A DNA stretch of 64,000 nucleotides from positions 10,353,099 to 10,417,098 of the forward strand of contig CM082581.2 in assembly GCA_040954595.2 (NCBI GenBank), given 5' to 3'. The DNA comes from Balanoglossus misakiensis. Taxonomy: Eukaryota; Animalia; Hemichordata. A program made the position numbers and the translations under genes. Below the pieces are notes generated by a model. The model saw only the letters and a program-made list of their open reading frames with translations, did not search any database and was not told where the DNA came from. Of the stretch, positions 1-14,002 are shown piece by piece (within the stretch, counting starts at the first letter, position 1; every line of letters starts with the position of its first letter).

Positions 1-1270
1 AAGATGGTATCAATTTGTTATTGATGAAGACATAAACTCAAGCAGAGAATTCACAGCATTTGGTTCAGTCTGTAGTGATTGCATCGACTGTGAGCCTAGA
101 AATCTGCTGTTTCTAAATATTCATACAATTTGCAACTCATGATGAAAAGAGGGAACACCATCTAGCTCGTAAAACAGACATATGATGCCTGATTACATTA
201 TTCTACTGGTATACGGTTGCCACTCTTCAGATCAGTTGCAGTGTAGAACTACAGCTGAAATTTACTGAGTAAATGTAAAAATTTGTCCAACTGGATTGTT
301 TATGGCTGATGACAAATGTCAAAAAATTCCATAGTTGACAGTAACTGTAGATTTATCTGGGTGCAAGCCTGCAACATGGACTCCATACAAGGGGTTGCAT
401 TGTAAAATTCTGATGAGGTCAGGAGTCAAATCTAAGTACAATAAATCCTGCTATAAGTGTGAAGCCCATCTCTGGGATACACAAAAAAATGGTTTTGCCA
501 TCATCAAACTTGGTTTAATTACCAAGGTGACTTAATACTCAAGTTCTGGGTGACAAGAAAAACTTTAAGTCAAGTTTTTGTTGAGTATTGACTTTAATAC
601 AGCAAATTTCTGCAGTCAGAAAACTGACCATTCAGACCATTCCATTGTCATAGCAACTGTGTCTGGCTTGAATTCACATCACTCAGCTAATGGCTTAATC
701 GAAACGAGCATACCACGGCAGAGCTTAGCAAAGTCCCTGCACACAACTCTACATATCATGTCAACTTTTATATCTCCAGTTAAACAATATATATAACCTT
801 ACTCAAGGGTTCATTTTGCTCTGTCAGCCCAGTGGTAAGCCAAGTCCATCTCTCGGTTTCTACTACGAACCAACGACGACACCCAACTCCGAGAATTTTA
901 AGGTCGTTTGACTTCTGATGTTTCTGACCACAGAATTATTTCAAAACTCAGAAGTTGGAAAGTTTGAGGTTGGGTCACTCTGTATGTGGTGGCCTTTAAT
1001 CATGTACTTTAAAGAAAGACTTATGGTGTAGATAATGACAGTATTACAAGTGACATATGTCTTCTACATTGGTCTAATGTAACAGTCTGGTTTTACTAGG
1101 CGCACTGTATCAAGTTTAATTTGACGCAGGCATGTATCCAATATAAATGTTCTTCATGTGGTCTACAAGTGTTTTGACACTGACAGAATGCAATATAATG
1201 TAATGTAGTCGAACCTGGGGCTGACAGGGCTCATCTCAAAAGTGTCCTGGGGTCACGGACTTATAATTTG

Positions 1271-1353
1271 CTACTTCGCACGTAAACATGTGTCAGACAT
1301 CTGAAAATTCACTACTTTGCACGTAAACGTATTATGTCAGACATCAGAAAATT
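1271..1353. repeat. imperfect ~41-bp tandem duplication
   Basis: ctacttcgcacgtaaacatgtgtcagacatctgaaaatt is followed by ctactttgcacgtaaacgtattatgtcagacatcagaaaatt. Confidence 0.75.
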
Positions 1354-4300
1354 AACCAATGCTAGAAACATTATTTTATAAATGTCAGTGTCACTTTCTA
1401 TTTGTAGTGAGTAATTCAAGTGGTGAAGTATTAATTTTGAGCATGTTTTGTTCATATATATGGTTCTCATACGTTTGCATTCAGGGATCAGATTCACAAA
1501 ATTGGCTTATTTTAGCTATTGAGATCACCCCTAAGTCTTCTGAGGCACACCCTAGAGTTTCCAAAAAAACAGATCCCTTAGATACTAGCACTAATGTCCC
1601 TAACAAGGACATCCATCCTGGTACATATGTTGAGAATCTGAAAAGGCCCCCATTTAAATTCCATAGAACAATGGCTTGAAAGTTTGGTCTAAGAGTGGTC
1701 GGGTCTGAAGCGGGCAAACAAGCTTTGACTGCTATGTGGGGATTTCAGGGGAATTATTTATCACTTTGGTGGCAGAGTTGTCCTCCTCTCTCCTGTCATC
1801 CCCTCACGGCTGGTAACCCCCGCTGAGGTTGTTGAGCCACACTTCACAACAGGGTAACAAAATGTCCAATACAAACACCGGTATGTCCAAGCGAACCACT
1901 CCACAATTCACTTGAAATTTTAAGTGCCAAACCCCTGAAGATGAGGAACGCACCTTAAGGAGTCCAAACTGAAAATCAACTCTGTCTGTCCACGCCAAGA
2001 AAACAACTTTCAAGACAGAAAGGGAAAAAATGTGAACTATTTCACTTTTTGTGCACTCTACAAACCTGTCAATCCAACAGCTCCAGATATATCCAATCTA
2101 TTATGCAAATTACTTGTCTTTAATCTAAACTGACCACATCATCTCGTACCCAGGTGTGTAAACTTTACACTTTGAATGTGTGCCTTACAAAGAAAATTTT
2201 CCTTCTTGAGATTTGTTGTCTTAACCATTAAGCAAAGTAACCAGACCTTCTCCGCCAATATTGCCCTGTTTAGTAATTCACTGTAAAGATCAATTGCTAA
2301 GGCAGTTTCACACTTTTTTATTGACTTTCACGCTTATCATCCATTTGCCTATTCAGTTACTGTATACAGTTAGTTGAATATTCCAATTTATACTGTCTAC
2401 TCCTATTTCGCACCGTTACATCTCAGTAACTAGACACAACTTTTCGAAGAAGCTTCCTGAAGTTAACAGGAGACTTCTTTGATAACGTTTAAACCTCCTA
2501 GTCTCTGTAGTCTTAGTTCTAAATCTTCGTTTATATGTACATAACCTTCAAAATGTCCTTGCATAGCATCTTACTTTAGATATTGAGTGCAGATTTTCAT
2601 TACTCTGTTATGTGCCGAACAAGATTCTGGGTGTAATATTCCTTTTTGTTTGTTGCATTGTTTGTTTTTGTTGCCACGAACATTCTTTTTCAACTTTCTC
2701 AGGAGATTTAATGGCTGGAAAATCAAACATCCTTTTAATGTAAAATTGGCAGCAATTTATAATCATGATTAACCATGTCTTGAAAATTGTTCAGAGACAA
2801 AAGTTGACACTGCAACAACCAGCCATCATTACAGAAACAGCTCACCTATCATTTAAGCTCGCACACCAAGCTATCAGAGTAAATTGATTCTGGAAAAAAG
2901 AGCCAAGTAAATTGATTGAGTTCATGGCCTCGGGACAGAAACCAATAAACAGATATCAGTGATGTAATTCCCACCCTCCCCCACCTGTTTTTCTGATTGC
3001 CACAGCTAGAAGAATCCACACCACTGTCTTGCAGATGCGACTCAGTTCTCCCATTCACGTTGCCTGCATTTGCTTTTTTTTCTTTAGAAGGGGAAATTGG
3101 AATGAAGTGAAGTGACATTTGTGGACAAGTGCACTTATAATTCCCCTCCTTTATTATGATCCCACAATCAATTTCCAAAGGAACTGTGGCAGGTTTTAGA
3201 AAAGTCTGATTCTTGACTTCCGGCAATTAGGAGTGCCATCATACAGCCATCCCCAAAAGATTACTCAAGTGTACAGTTGAGGGAAACGGCACTAAAAGTA
3301 GAAATCAGCTTTGATGAGGTTATTCGCTTAAGTGCACTTTTGGCACTAAAATGAAAAGAAAACTGTCTTGACATGGTTATAACAGTCACTGTGTGCAAGA
3401 TATCATTCTGATTTCTAAGCAAATTGAAGAAAACACCACCAAAGCAAAGTAATGAAATAGTAAACAAAGTCCATGATTAAACATAAAAATGATGTCTCCT
3501 CCAAGCTTGTCATACATTTACAAATGCTAATTTATTCACAGCTATGTGGGCATGCATGCACGCATGTGCACACACACACATGGGCATCAACATGGAATTG
3601 AGGAATTTGGTGCAATTCTATGCTGAATGTAGAGAGGGCATAAAAAGAAAAAATAGCATTCTAAAATAGGATACCTTTGCCAAAGGCAAAAGGAAATTAG
3701 TTTGCACTCCGCTGGTATGTAGGCTGAGGTTGCACAGAAAGCAGGACACACATTACAAACACGAAAGCAAACCTTCTAAATTGCATTTCAATCAAGAAGA
3801 AATTATTCTTAAATTTATTATTTGCTTTATAGCATTTTTGCAATCCAGGGAAAAGAATACATGGCTTAAATGTCGTGGTTTCAGAAATGAATTTGGAGTG
3901 CTTTTCATCTAATCACAGGTACTAGCTGGTACACCACTGTTTAAGAAACATATATTTGGCTCACTTTCAACTTGTTGTTTTTCTAGGTGCTCTTATGTCT
4001 TTGCGACAGAGAGAATCGAAACGGCGGCACTCAAGCTGAACATAATGGTCACCTCATGAGGCCAAATGGACTGTTCTCCTCTTGTGTTTCGGTAATGAAC
4101 TCGAACTGGAACATATTTTTCAACAATATACCACGGAGCCGTCATTTACACTCCTGGTTTTCCTGGGCACCTGTGTTTGCAAGGTGGCGGTACAGTCGGT
4201 GTAGGCCGGCAAATATTTGACCAGTTCTGCTTCACCCAGAATGGCCACAGTGCATTGGTGACAGAAGTGCGGGGTGATGTCACCCACCCCAGCAGTTGAA

Positions 4301-7300
4301 AGACTTTGGCCAGCCATCTGCGAATCTGCACTGAACACTCGAGGATTTACTTTATCGGGGGAGCGTCAGCGTATTGAATTTGTTTGGATTCTAATTTTCT
4401 TTTGTTAGTCATCTGCTTTTCATTTCAAAGACATCAAACCATGCTGAACTTAACACACCGACTCAAGTGGAAAATACCGGGACAGAAAACGAATACTCCT
4501 TTTTTCAGCGGAATGAAGGGAAGTGAAATGTGAGTATATACTGCTGACCTGGAGAATTCGCTCCTACTCTGCTTCAGTTGTTGAAATAAAAAGCAGAAAC
4601 AAGCTACTGTTCCTGTGTGCATTATCAGCGAACTTGAACAGCCGGGTTTAAACCCATCCAGTGAACTTTATTTCAATGTTTTTATCCAGGGTGAGCGAAT
4701 AAACGTATCTGTAAGCAGGAACCGTCTGGCTCGGTGTGCCTTAGAAGAAATCAGTATCTGGGCTGTTTTCTGTCAGCCTCTCCCGACAAGAGAGCGGTAT
4801 GGCACGCTATAAAGTAACAAATTGCGCAGGGGGAGTCAGCGTGTCTCCAAACTTTGACTGGGGACATTGGCAGGGCGTGTGCCGATCGAGCAGTCATGAA
4901 AGAGTCTCTTTTCCATCGCCTCATTCCTTTCCTGCCTGCATGCTTCTAGAACCAAAAGTCAACATAGGGTGGTAACTGTTAGTTTATTTGTGTGCACTTT
5001 GAAAAACCCACCCTGATTCTTTCCCCATCCCCGATAAGCACTCAAACAGATTAAAAAAAAAAAACTGCGATCCACGCAGAGCGTATCTTTCATCGGGGCG
5101 ACTTTTAAGCTCGTTTTTCTGTTTGTTTGTGGCAGTCCCAGAGCTGTGACTTGCATTCCCTTAATCAATTCAAAGTAATACATTGTGTGAAGACGATGCT
5201 ATGTTAAGGAGGCTGGCTGCTGACATATCTTATGCACACAATCATGGAAACTTGCCATCATTTCTGAATGCAGACCAACCATTGGCCTTCCATAGGTCAT
5301 TCGCCTATCGTTCCAAGTCAAGTGCTCAACTTATTACCATGGAATCTCAACTTTTTCTATTTATGGTGAACACATTTATCCGAAAAGTATATTCCTTTTT
5401 AGGAAGTTTATCACAGAGGACATGTGTATTTTCAAAGTTTGATATTTTTTGGTCCATCTGGCATGTCCAAACAGGGAAAAGGTCCTGTCAGATATGGTTG
5501 ACTGAGAAAGTCTTGATTGGTAGACTAACTTGCCGCTCATTTTTTTTTCTTGAGAATTGACCTTCTGATATGCATGATAAAACAACCTCAATTGACCCCT
5601 GAGGAACTTCTGAAGTGCAGTGATGCTGATGACAGAATTTTGCCACACAAACTTCAATCCCATCAGCGCTTTGCTATACTTTCACTCCAAAATGGGTTTT
5701 ATGCAGATTAATTCATTTCTCTTCCTGTAGGTTTGATCAAATACATGTATTTGCTTAGTGATTTTTGTTTCTTCACTTAAAATTAGCTGTTTTACCATTT
5801 TTTATGTGTTTCATATATTTTATGTAATTAACTGAAAATTCCTCAAAAGAAAAACGCACTTTCCTCTATGGTTGTATCAGCTTTTCCTGAACAAAGCAAA
5901 TGTAACCATTCTCAAAGATCGGTTGTAAGATCGTATTGCCTTTGAGTAAAGCCGGTACCGCCAACCCACTTTGTACACAGCGTGTCGTTCGCTTGTCGCA
6001 CTGGTATTTTAGAACAGTAGCCAGGGTTAAAGGTCAACCAGAAACCACCGCTGAGTCAGGCCTGGGCATAGTAACTTCCCAAACCCAAATAAATAAAACA
6101 ACTGTATCTTTAATACTTTGATTTCATTTCTGTAAAAGAATCGTAGCGGCCCACACACATACAGATACGGGAGAGCTTTAAAATAAAGACCGTCAACACA
6201 GGTAATGGATGCAAACACTGTATTTAATGACATGGCATTGAATAAGATACTGTTTTGGTCACAAAGTGCAAGCCTGCAAATATTCAGGTTTTTCTTTTCA
6301 CGTGCACGATTCATCTCGATTAAAGGAGGTCACATGAAAGCGATAATGACCGGAAATTTCATAGTGTCCTGAAAATTAGGGACAATGACAGATGAGTGTA
6401 GTGAATTGGCCGCTAAAACAAGCAAATATATGGATGCTGTTTATGAAACGAGAGCAATCCTACGAAAATTTGATGCTGGCATGACTGTATGAAATCAAGA
6501 ACCGGAAAAGTGACAGTCCAGCACAGGTGACACCCCTCCCCCCCCCCCCCACAGTGTTGACATATAGTTGTCACATACCTCAATGCCTGTTTACATGTTT
6601 TATCATCAATTGTACGGTCACTGTCAATATTTGAAACGCTGTGGTGTTTTCCACTGGTATTGCGGACTAAACTTTCTTTACGTGTAACGCATAATTACGA
6701 CGTGATGACAAAAGTGAGAAATGGTGATTTCAATTTGAAGAGACTGAAAAATGGTGATCCTGACAAAACGTCTAAACAACTGCGACGTGAATAATCGGTC
6801 TTCAGAATCATCTACAGTCGTGTGGTGCTTAAAATAAAGCGAAAACAGCTATTGCCTTCTTCAATTTCAAACATACCCAAACAGAGAATAATTCAGTGTG
6901 CACAGTTAAGTAAACTTGGGTGAATATGCTTCACTTCGTCTTTGTGGAGCAATGTATGAGAATAACTCTTTCTTTCATCTTTCTGACAGCGCGTGGGTTT
7001 GCAGTCGCCGGCTATCTGTCACCAGTCGGATGCCTGAATCAGCGGCAGGGATCGTACACAGGTAGGCGTACTCTTGCATCGCTATTGTCATGCAAATTGA
7101 ACCATGAAAAGGCCATTGCAGTGTGCATTACTTAAATAAATTCAATGCATTCTCCTGCACTATTTACGTGCCCGAGCTTTTTAACCGAAAAAAAATGAAC
7201 CTTGCAAAAAAGAGAAGAAGAAAACAACATTTTAAATTAGCCAGCGTTTTCAAGGCACTCTTCGTTCTACATATAATTGCCTTTCAAAGCTGCAGGATCA

Positions 7301-10300
7301 CCGACTAAAGAATCTTTTCTCTCTCTTCTCTTTGGCCAGACTGCCGGTATCATGTTTTGGTGAGAATGGGAAGTTGACTGCGCCCAAAAGTTAGATCCGG
7401 CCACACAATGATAAAGGTTAGCTTTTTTTGTCACGGCGATTACCTTGAGTAGGTGAAGGCACCTTGTCAAACCACATCAAACCACAAAATGACAAAGAAT
7501 AGTTATCTCATAGAAGTCCACCCGGACAACACCTTTCTCTCAAACATACCCACTTAATTCGTCTTTTTACGGCTTTCATACCATTTTATTGATCTTACTG
7601 TGTAATTCACCATTGATATCATTTTATATTGGCACATTTTACACTGATCCATTTCCTTTGTAACATTTCACTAACTTTATGAACTTGCCACAACACAGCA
7701 GCTCTAAACTATATAAGAGACTCACACACAAGTCCGAGGAATGCTAACATCAATAAAAGTTACCACAATAAAAGTTTATGACCTTGTGCAATTTATTCAA
7801 TTATTCTCTTTTTTCTTTCCAAGTCAACAGGTCAGACCATCAAAACCAAAGCCGTAAGTGATCTTCTCTTTTATATTTATAAAATCTCCATTTTGATCTC
7901 CTTTCTATTCCCATAAGTGACATCAATCAAATTATTGAAAAGGTTTTTAATGTTTTTTCCTTTCTCCATAGCAAACATAAATCCTCTTATCATTTCTCTG
8001 GTTGTGAAGTCCTTTCGTGAGCCTTGCCAGATTTTTATACTTAAGTACATTTTATAGGCCTGCATGATACAACTTTTCCATTAGTGACTCTTGTTTGTCC
8101 TAGAATGAGTTGACATTTCTGACATAAAAAACAAACTTCTGAACACCAAACAAGTTTTTGGTCAAATTTTCCATGGAATTGAACCACCTGTCCAGAAAAC
8201 CAATTCTGTTCAGTCGCTGAAGATAATTATACCTTACTCGAGCCTATGGTTCCTTAGAGAGGTTATGCACCCATCCCCAACAGAGACAACCCTGTCCATC
8301 CTTGCTACACTGTGAGCAACATCCTTGACCCCTTCCCTATCTCCAACCAGATATACTTGTACCACACACTGCATGGTTTTCATCCCATAGACTCCCTGCA
8401 CTCACAAAGGAATACCACCCCACCCCCCACCCCAAACAAAGAAGATGCCATCCCACATCCCTCCACACATCACTCACAGTCCCGTCTCTTAAAAAAACTT
8501 AAAATCCTTATCATACGCCAGCCTTGACATCTGAAAAATCTCATTCCCTTAATGCAGTGCAATGCCGTCCCTTAGTGCCATGAAATCTCATCCCTTGACA
8601 CTTAACAGCCCCCTCACGATAAAGACATTCCAGAGACTACACTCCCATCAGTGACTAATGCATGATCTCTAAGGCTGTCCTCAGCGGTCCAAGCAGACAG
8701 GTCAGAGTGCAGGAAGCAGCTTAATTCCCCCACAATCATCCATCATATTTCGATAGAAACATAACACCACTAAAAGTATTAAGATTTATCGCGATCACAG
8801 CGATTTTCCATCAAGTATAATTTTTATAAAGCATTTCAGATCAGAGGTCAGTTTATAATCCTCTCTTGATATAAACCACTGAGAGCTGAGCATGTTATAA
8901 AAAATACAGTCGCAATATGATAAATGATTTGTCATGTCTCATCATTATTCTTAACTGTATTTTGAAACATTGCTTCTTAGAAACCTCAGCAGTATCTATT
9001 CTAGCTGATTTGATACAAATCATATTTGACAGATAGTGCCTGTGAAACAGAATGTGGCTAACAACTTGTATCCTTTATTGGGCAAACCACTGTTACAAAT
9101 ACAAGAACGTCAATGAACTTGGCAGCAGACAGGGGTGACCCGTGACATCCTTGAAATAACTGCATCTGGTAACGCTCTGAAATTTCCTTCACCACCACCT
9201 ACACACTATTCAGGCAATTACACAATGTAAACATGTACTCCAGGGATGACTGGCTATAATATGCGAATTTACACCCCAATTTGGTAATGAATATCAGGGA
9301 GATGAATTTCAGACTTAGGGGGTCTTTATCATTTGTGTCTACTGTGTATGATGCTGTCTGTCCCAGTGAATCTTTCAAGTCAACCCACATGAGTTTACTG
9401 TTACTGTCACTGATTCACCAAAGTTTAATGAGGCCAGGCGTATCAGTTTCCTCTGTAACATTCCAATTTCATAAAGAAAACGATACTGATCCTTGCGCTG
9501 ATCATCTTATCTATAGCAAGACAGAAATGTTAAATGTGTGAGGGAAAGTGATAGGGACTTGATCATCAATGTTCTATTGCTCTTGTATCTTATTGCTCCC
9601 ATATCTTGCATCACCTGTTATAATTCTAATTCAAATCTATAACCACACTGTACAATGTGACCAGTAAACGAAACATATTTGGGTTCCAGCAGGGAAAAGG
9701 GTTGCATTGGCTGGATTGGATCAACTATATGGCCACTTGACAAACTTGTCTTTCCGGTATGACAATGCAGTTATTTTATCTGGTTTAAGTTCAACTTTTT
9801 ATTATGTTTGCTCAGCAAAATTTACAGTTGGTTGTGATTAAATAGAGATGAGTGTCTGACAAGCAGTAGCTGTTGTAAAAATGGAGATGATCTTTATCAG
9901 TTTTATATTCAGTGAAGTATAAGCAAGTTTCAAATTTCTCTGTTTCCACTGGTTTACAGCTGCAACCTCTTATAGTGAGTGGAATATTGTCTGACTGGAA
10001 AATTAAACACTGAGTAACTGCAGATTTGGACCGTTTAAATTGCACAAACAAGGTTTCTTTGAAACAGGGTTTATCTGTTAGCAATCGCAAGTCTCGTCGT
10101 TCATTTATTCCTGAGATATCCATGGTGATGCCGCGAACTTATTATGTCAGAATTTAAGATAGCCTTTCTTGTTTTTCCCAAATCCACAAATAATGCGTGC
10201 CAGATTGCTATTAAAGAACCGAGAATTCTCAGCGTCTGTGTGGCCAGTCTGAGATCGTGTTGGCGCAGACAGGCTGAGTTATGTGGACCCAGCCTCTGTT

Positions 10301-13300
10301 TTTCTGCGGTTGAATTCCCATCAGGGAGGACATGGGCATGCCAGTGGAGGCTCCCAGAGCTTACACAGGTGTGCAATGCAAATTACCGGGCACATGATCC
10401 CTATTAACGAAATCAACAATGTGGTCGTCGCCGTAGAAACAGCTGAGCAGGTGGCCTTGTCTGGATGATAGTCTTGTTGCCAGACTGCTTGACAGAGCAA
10501 ACCAACCAATATATATATACACAGTCTAGTCTGCGCCAGGCTACTTTAGTTCTTGTAGACCTCCCTGCTGTTGTTGACAATGAATTCACTGGGGTTAATT
10601 CCACCGCCAATTTGCATCAAAGGCCTTGTTTCAAGCAGTTTTTCCCCCCAAGGATAAATAAACAGCATGGAGAAAGAAAAAGGACTGGGGCTATTGAATG
10701 CAAGTTGCTATCAGTCTGGTGGTGTAATCAGAGTTTCCACAGCAGTTGTGAAGTCTGGCCTCTACTTGCAATATCTGCGTCTCTATTTACAATTAGATGG
10801 GTTCTTATCTGTTCTTGCAAGTAAATACTTTTTGCCAATAATGTGGCTATCACCTGTATCAAGATAATAGTTTCTTATCTTCAGTTTAGTCCACAGGTGA
10901 GGAGCTTTGGATGAAATCAATGAAATGCCCTGAACACCACAGACACACACTGAACTGTAGACTCCAGTCGTTTGGTAACAGATCCTCTATGTGAGATGAG
11001 CTTCTCACAGACAGCAAGGAGCTAATTTTAAAACCTCAAAAAATAAATTATCTGTACCTCACTCTTCTTGATTGGTCAAATTCCTTGTATAGAAATTTCA
11101 AAAAATATGACAACAATTTGAACAATGGCATTTCAGCAAACATTTCAGACCACAGATTATATTGTTACTAGGAAGTTCTGGCAGCCACACGTGGACCCAA
11201 CACCTTCTACCCACTGCAGGTGTCAGAGATTGACCATGAAACTTGTACCTGTACAAACTCAACGGTGTCAATACGTCAATTAAGGCAGATTATAAGCTTA
11301 TTGTGTGTCCTAAGATGTTTTACCGCTAGGTTTGGCCCGTTCCGCTGTTTGAAATTTTTGAGGTTTTATCAAAGTGCCGGGTTCAGTGATGGTGAGCATT
11401 TTCACCACACCTGCTGGTGGCAACTCAGCTTTCACACGGGAGAATTTCATATTTCCGTGTCTGGGGGGAAATCACTTTTATGGCTTCTGTGGTCTGGAAT
11501 GAAATATTGGTGATCCCAACACTGAACTGTCAGGAGAGAATATCAGATGTGAATTCTGCAGGTACTTGGAAATTGACTGATGTAATGTCACGTTGATTTT
11601 ATTAGGTGTCAGGTGGCCGGTAGGAAAAAGGTATAGCTCTCTCATGGCTTGTAAAATAATGATAGAGTTACAGGTAGAGTAACAAGGAGCAAGGTCCCCC
11701 CCTGTACTGCGCTCTAGTGTTTGTATAAGTCTGCTTGCTGCACTGTGTGTTTGTGTGTTCAGGTGTCTTCATTTCCATGCAGCCACAAACTCAAATCTCC
11801 GTAGACCCCCGAAACGAACGATCGACAGCTACCCACTGGACGCGAAACCGACCCCCACACCGATGCACCCCCTGACCTCCACATTGTGCCACGGTGTGAT
11901 ACCTTCCCCCAGGGGGCACACTCACAACACAGTGTGCTTTGCCTAACCGTTTTTCTTTCCCATAGCTCCCCGCACACTTTGATCCATCAAGGATATAGTA
12001 CATGTACACAGATTTCAGGGTGAGGTTTGCTGAGCTCCAGTGCTTAAGTATTCATTTAACTACAATGAATTTGGTCAGCGCTGGTATGAGTGTAGGCTGG
12101 CTATAATAGCTGAAACCCATTACATCCTCACAAGTGTTCCCTAATTGCCCTTGTCCCAGCAGCTTTAATGGCAGCTACTTTGTCTGTGCTCACAAACACT
12201 ACTTTTTCCCCTCCAGTCGTTGGCCCGTTCAGCTAAATTCTCTTTCACAAGCATCCTGCAGTCGTTTGGCATATCTGAATTCTAAAGTCGGCACAAAATG
12301 CAGCGTATGTCGCATGAAAACATGGAAAGAATTTACCAGCCCTTTGGTTGTTTATCAACAATGCCTGGTGTATGATGGCCCATGTGTGCTACTGTACTGT
12401 CAATTTGCGGGAAAAGACACTGCCCCACAAATAAATAGCATTTTTCAAAGTCAATGAAAAGCATTTAAAAGGATTTCCTAACTATTTCTTTTCTGCGTTC
12501 AAGAAGAATAACATCCGGCAAGAGCTACCGACCACAGTAACAATGGAGACCTTAAGTTCTTCAACGCCAGATCAACTCTTTGCATTGTGGAACTAAACTG
12601 TGCACAAACACAAGTCCAAAAACCAAATGAAAACACCCTGAAAAGCAACCACACACTAAAACTAATCCTTGCTTTGTCATTTATGCTTGGTCACATGAGT
12701 CACCCCGCTTTTTTGTCAATTTTTATTGACAAACACTTCTCAAAGTTTTAATCACTTCCTTGGTTATTCACCCCTTGGACTATCCTCCTGCGCTTCCACT
12801 TTGACTGAACTGAAGAAGCGAATTTGACTGAAGTGCATGGCCTTCTGTCAAACAAACTCTGAAATGGTCATGGATATAGAAAATGATCACCTTGTCTCTG
12901 TCAGTGACCTTTGACCTTGTTCCTACAAGTAGACTACAAATATTGTTTTTGGTGATGTCACTCAACAACAGTTATCTTGTGTTTACTTGCCACTTACAGA
13001 CAGTCTAACATGGCCAGAAGACAGAGAGAACAGAATTAACTTTGTGCGAGATAATTATTTTGTCAAAGCAGAAGAGTGGTGATTTTTTGGGTGTGATTCC
13101 CTTGTTTCGGTGGGTATACCAGTGACAACTTAACTGGTTGTGTCAACAGACATATTAGTTGCAGCCTGGTGGCTGCTTCTGGGCAACAAGTCCGGGCAGA
13201 GCCAGTTAATTTTGTTTAGATTAGCCCCCAGAAATCTACAAACACCCACACAAACCGGGAGTCTGCATTTCCACCATTAGGAAATGATATCGGCCACTGC

Positions 13301-13895
13301 TATTAGCAATATCACAACATGAGTCATGTCCACCAGGGCTGGGTCTCCAGACTATCCAACTACTACACTAGTTGTCCCGTTTCTTGTCTGTCATTAATAA
13401 AGCAGTGAGATATGATGTCTTTAAAACAACAATCGCCAACAAAACTTCAATTATGGCACTGTATTGTTTTGTTGACTTAACTAATTTGATTAAATTGTGC
13501 TTCATCAAGCCTTCACAAAACAACTTTTCCAGACTCTTAGGAACCCCTCAGTGGCTTTTGTTTGGAATCTATTACTTCCAGTTCAGTGTACTCGTCCCCT
13601 GGAAAGACTGAATGTGTAAGAATAGAACTGGGCCTTTAGATTATGCACTGTTACATTAATTAATAATATCACTGGTTACCAAACCCAGTAACCCCCCCCC
13701 CCCCCCACGGTCGAGTACCCACACAGTACAATATTCCTATTGTCTTGTGTGGTCAGGTGGGCTGCGCACCACATTGCAGAGAGGTGGCAAAGGTTAAGCG
13801 CATGGTGTGGAGACCCTCGTTCATTCTAAGTTCGGCTTAGTGGCAAATCCCACCTTGTTACAGAATACACAGTAACTCTATGAGTGTTAAATCTG

Positions 13896-14002
13896 TCATT
13901 CTCACTACCTTAAATAGATGTTTGCTACCTAGGTGATTGGTAAAAATCTCATTCTCACTACCTTAAATAGGTGTTTGCTCCCTAGGTGATTGGTAAAAAT
14001 CT
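13896..14002. repeat. 53-bp tandem duplication (2 copies)
   Basis: tcattctcactaccttaaatag(a/g)tgtttgct(a/c)cctaggtgattggtaaaaatc occurs at 13896 and 13949, with 2 mismatches. Confidence 0.9.
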
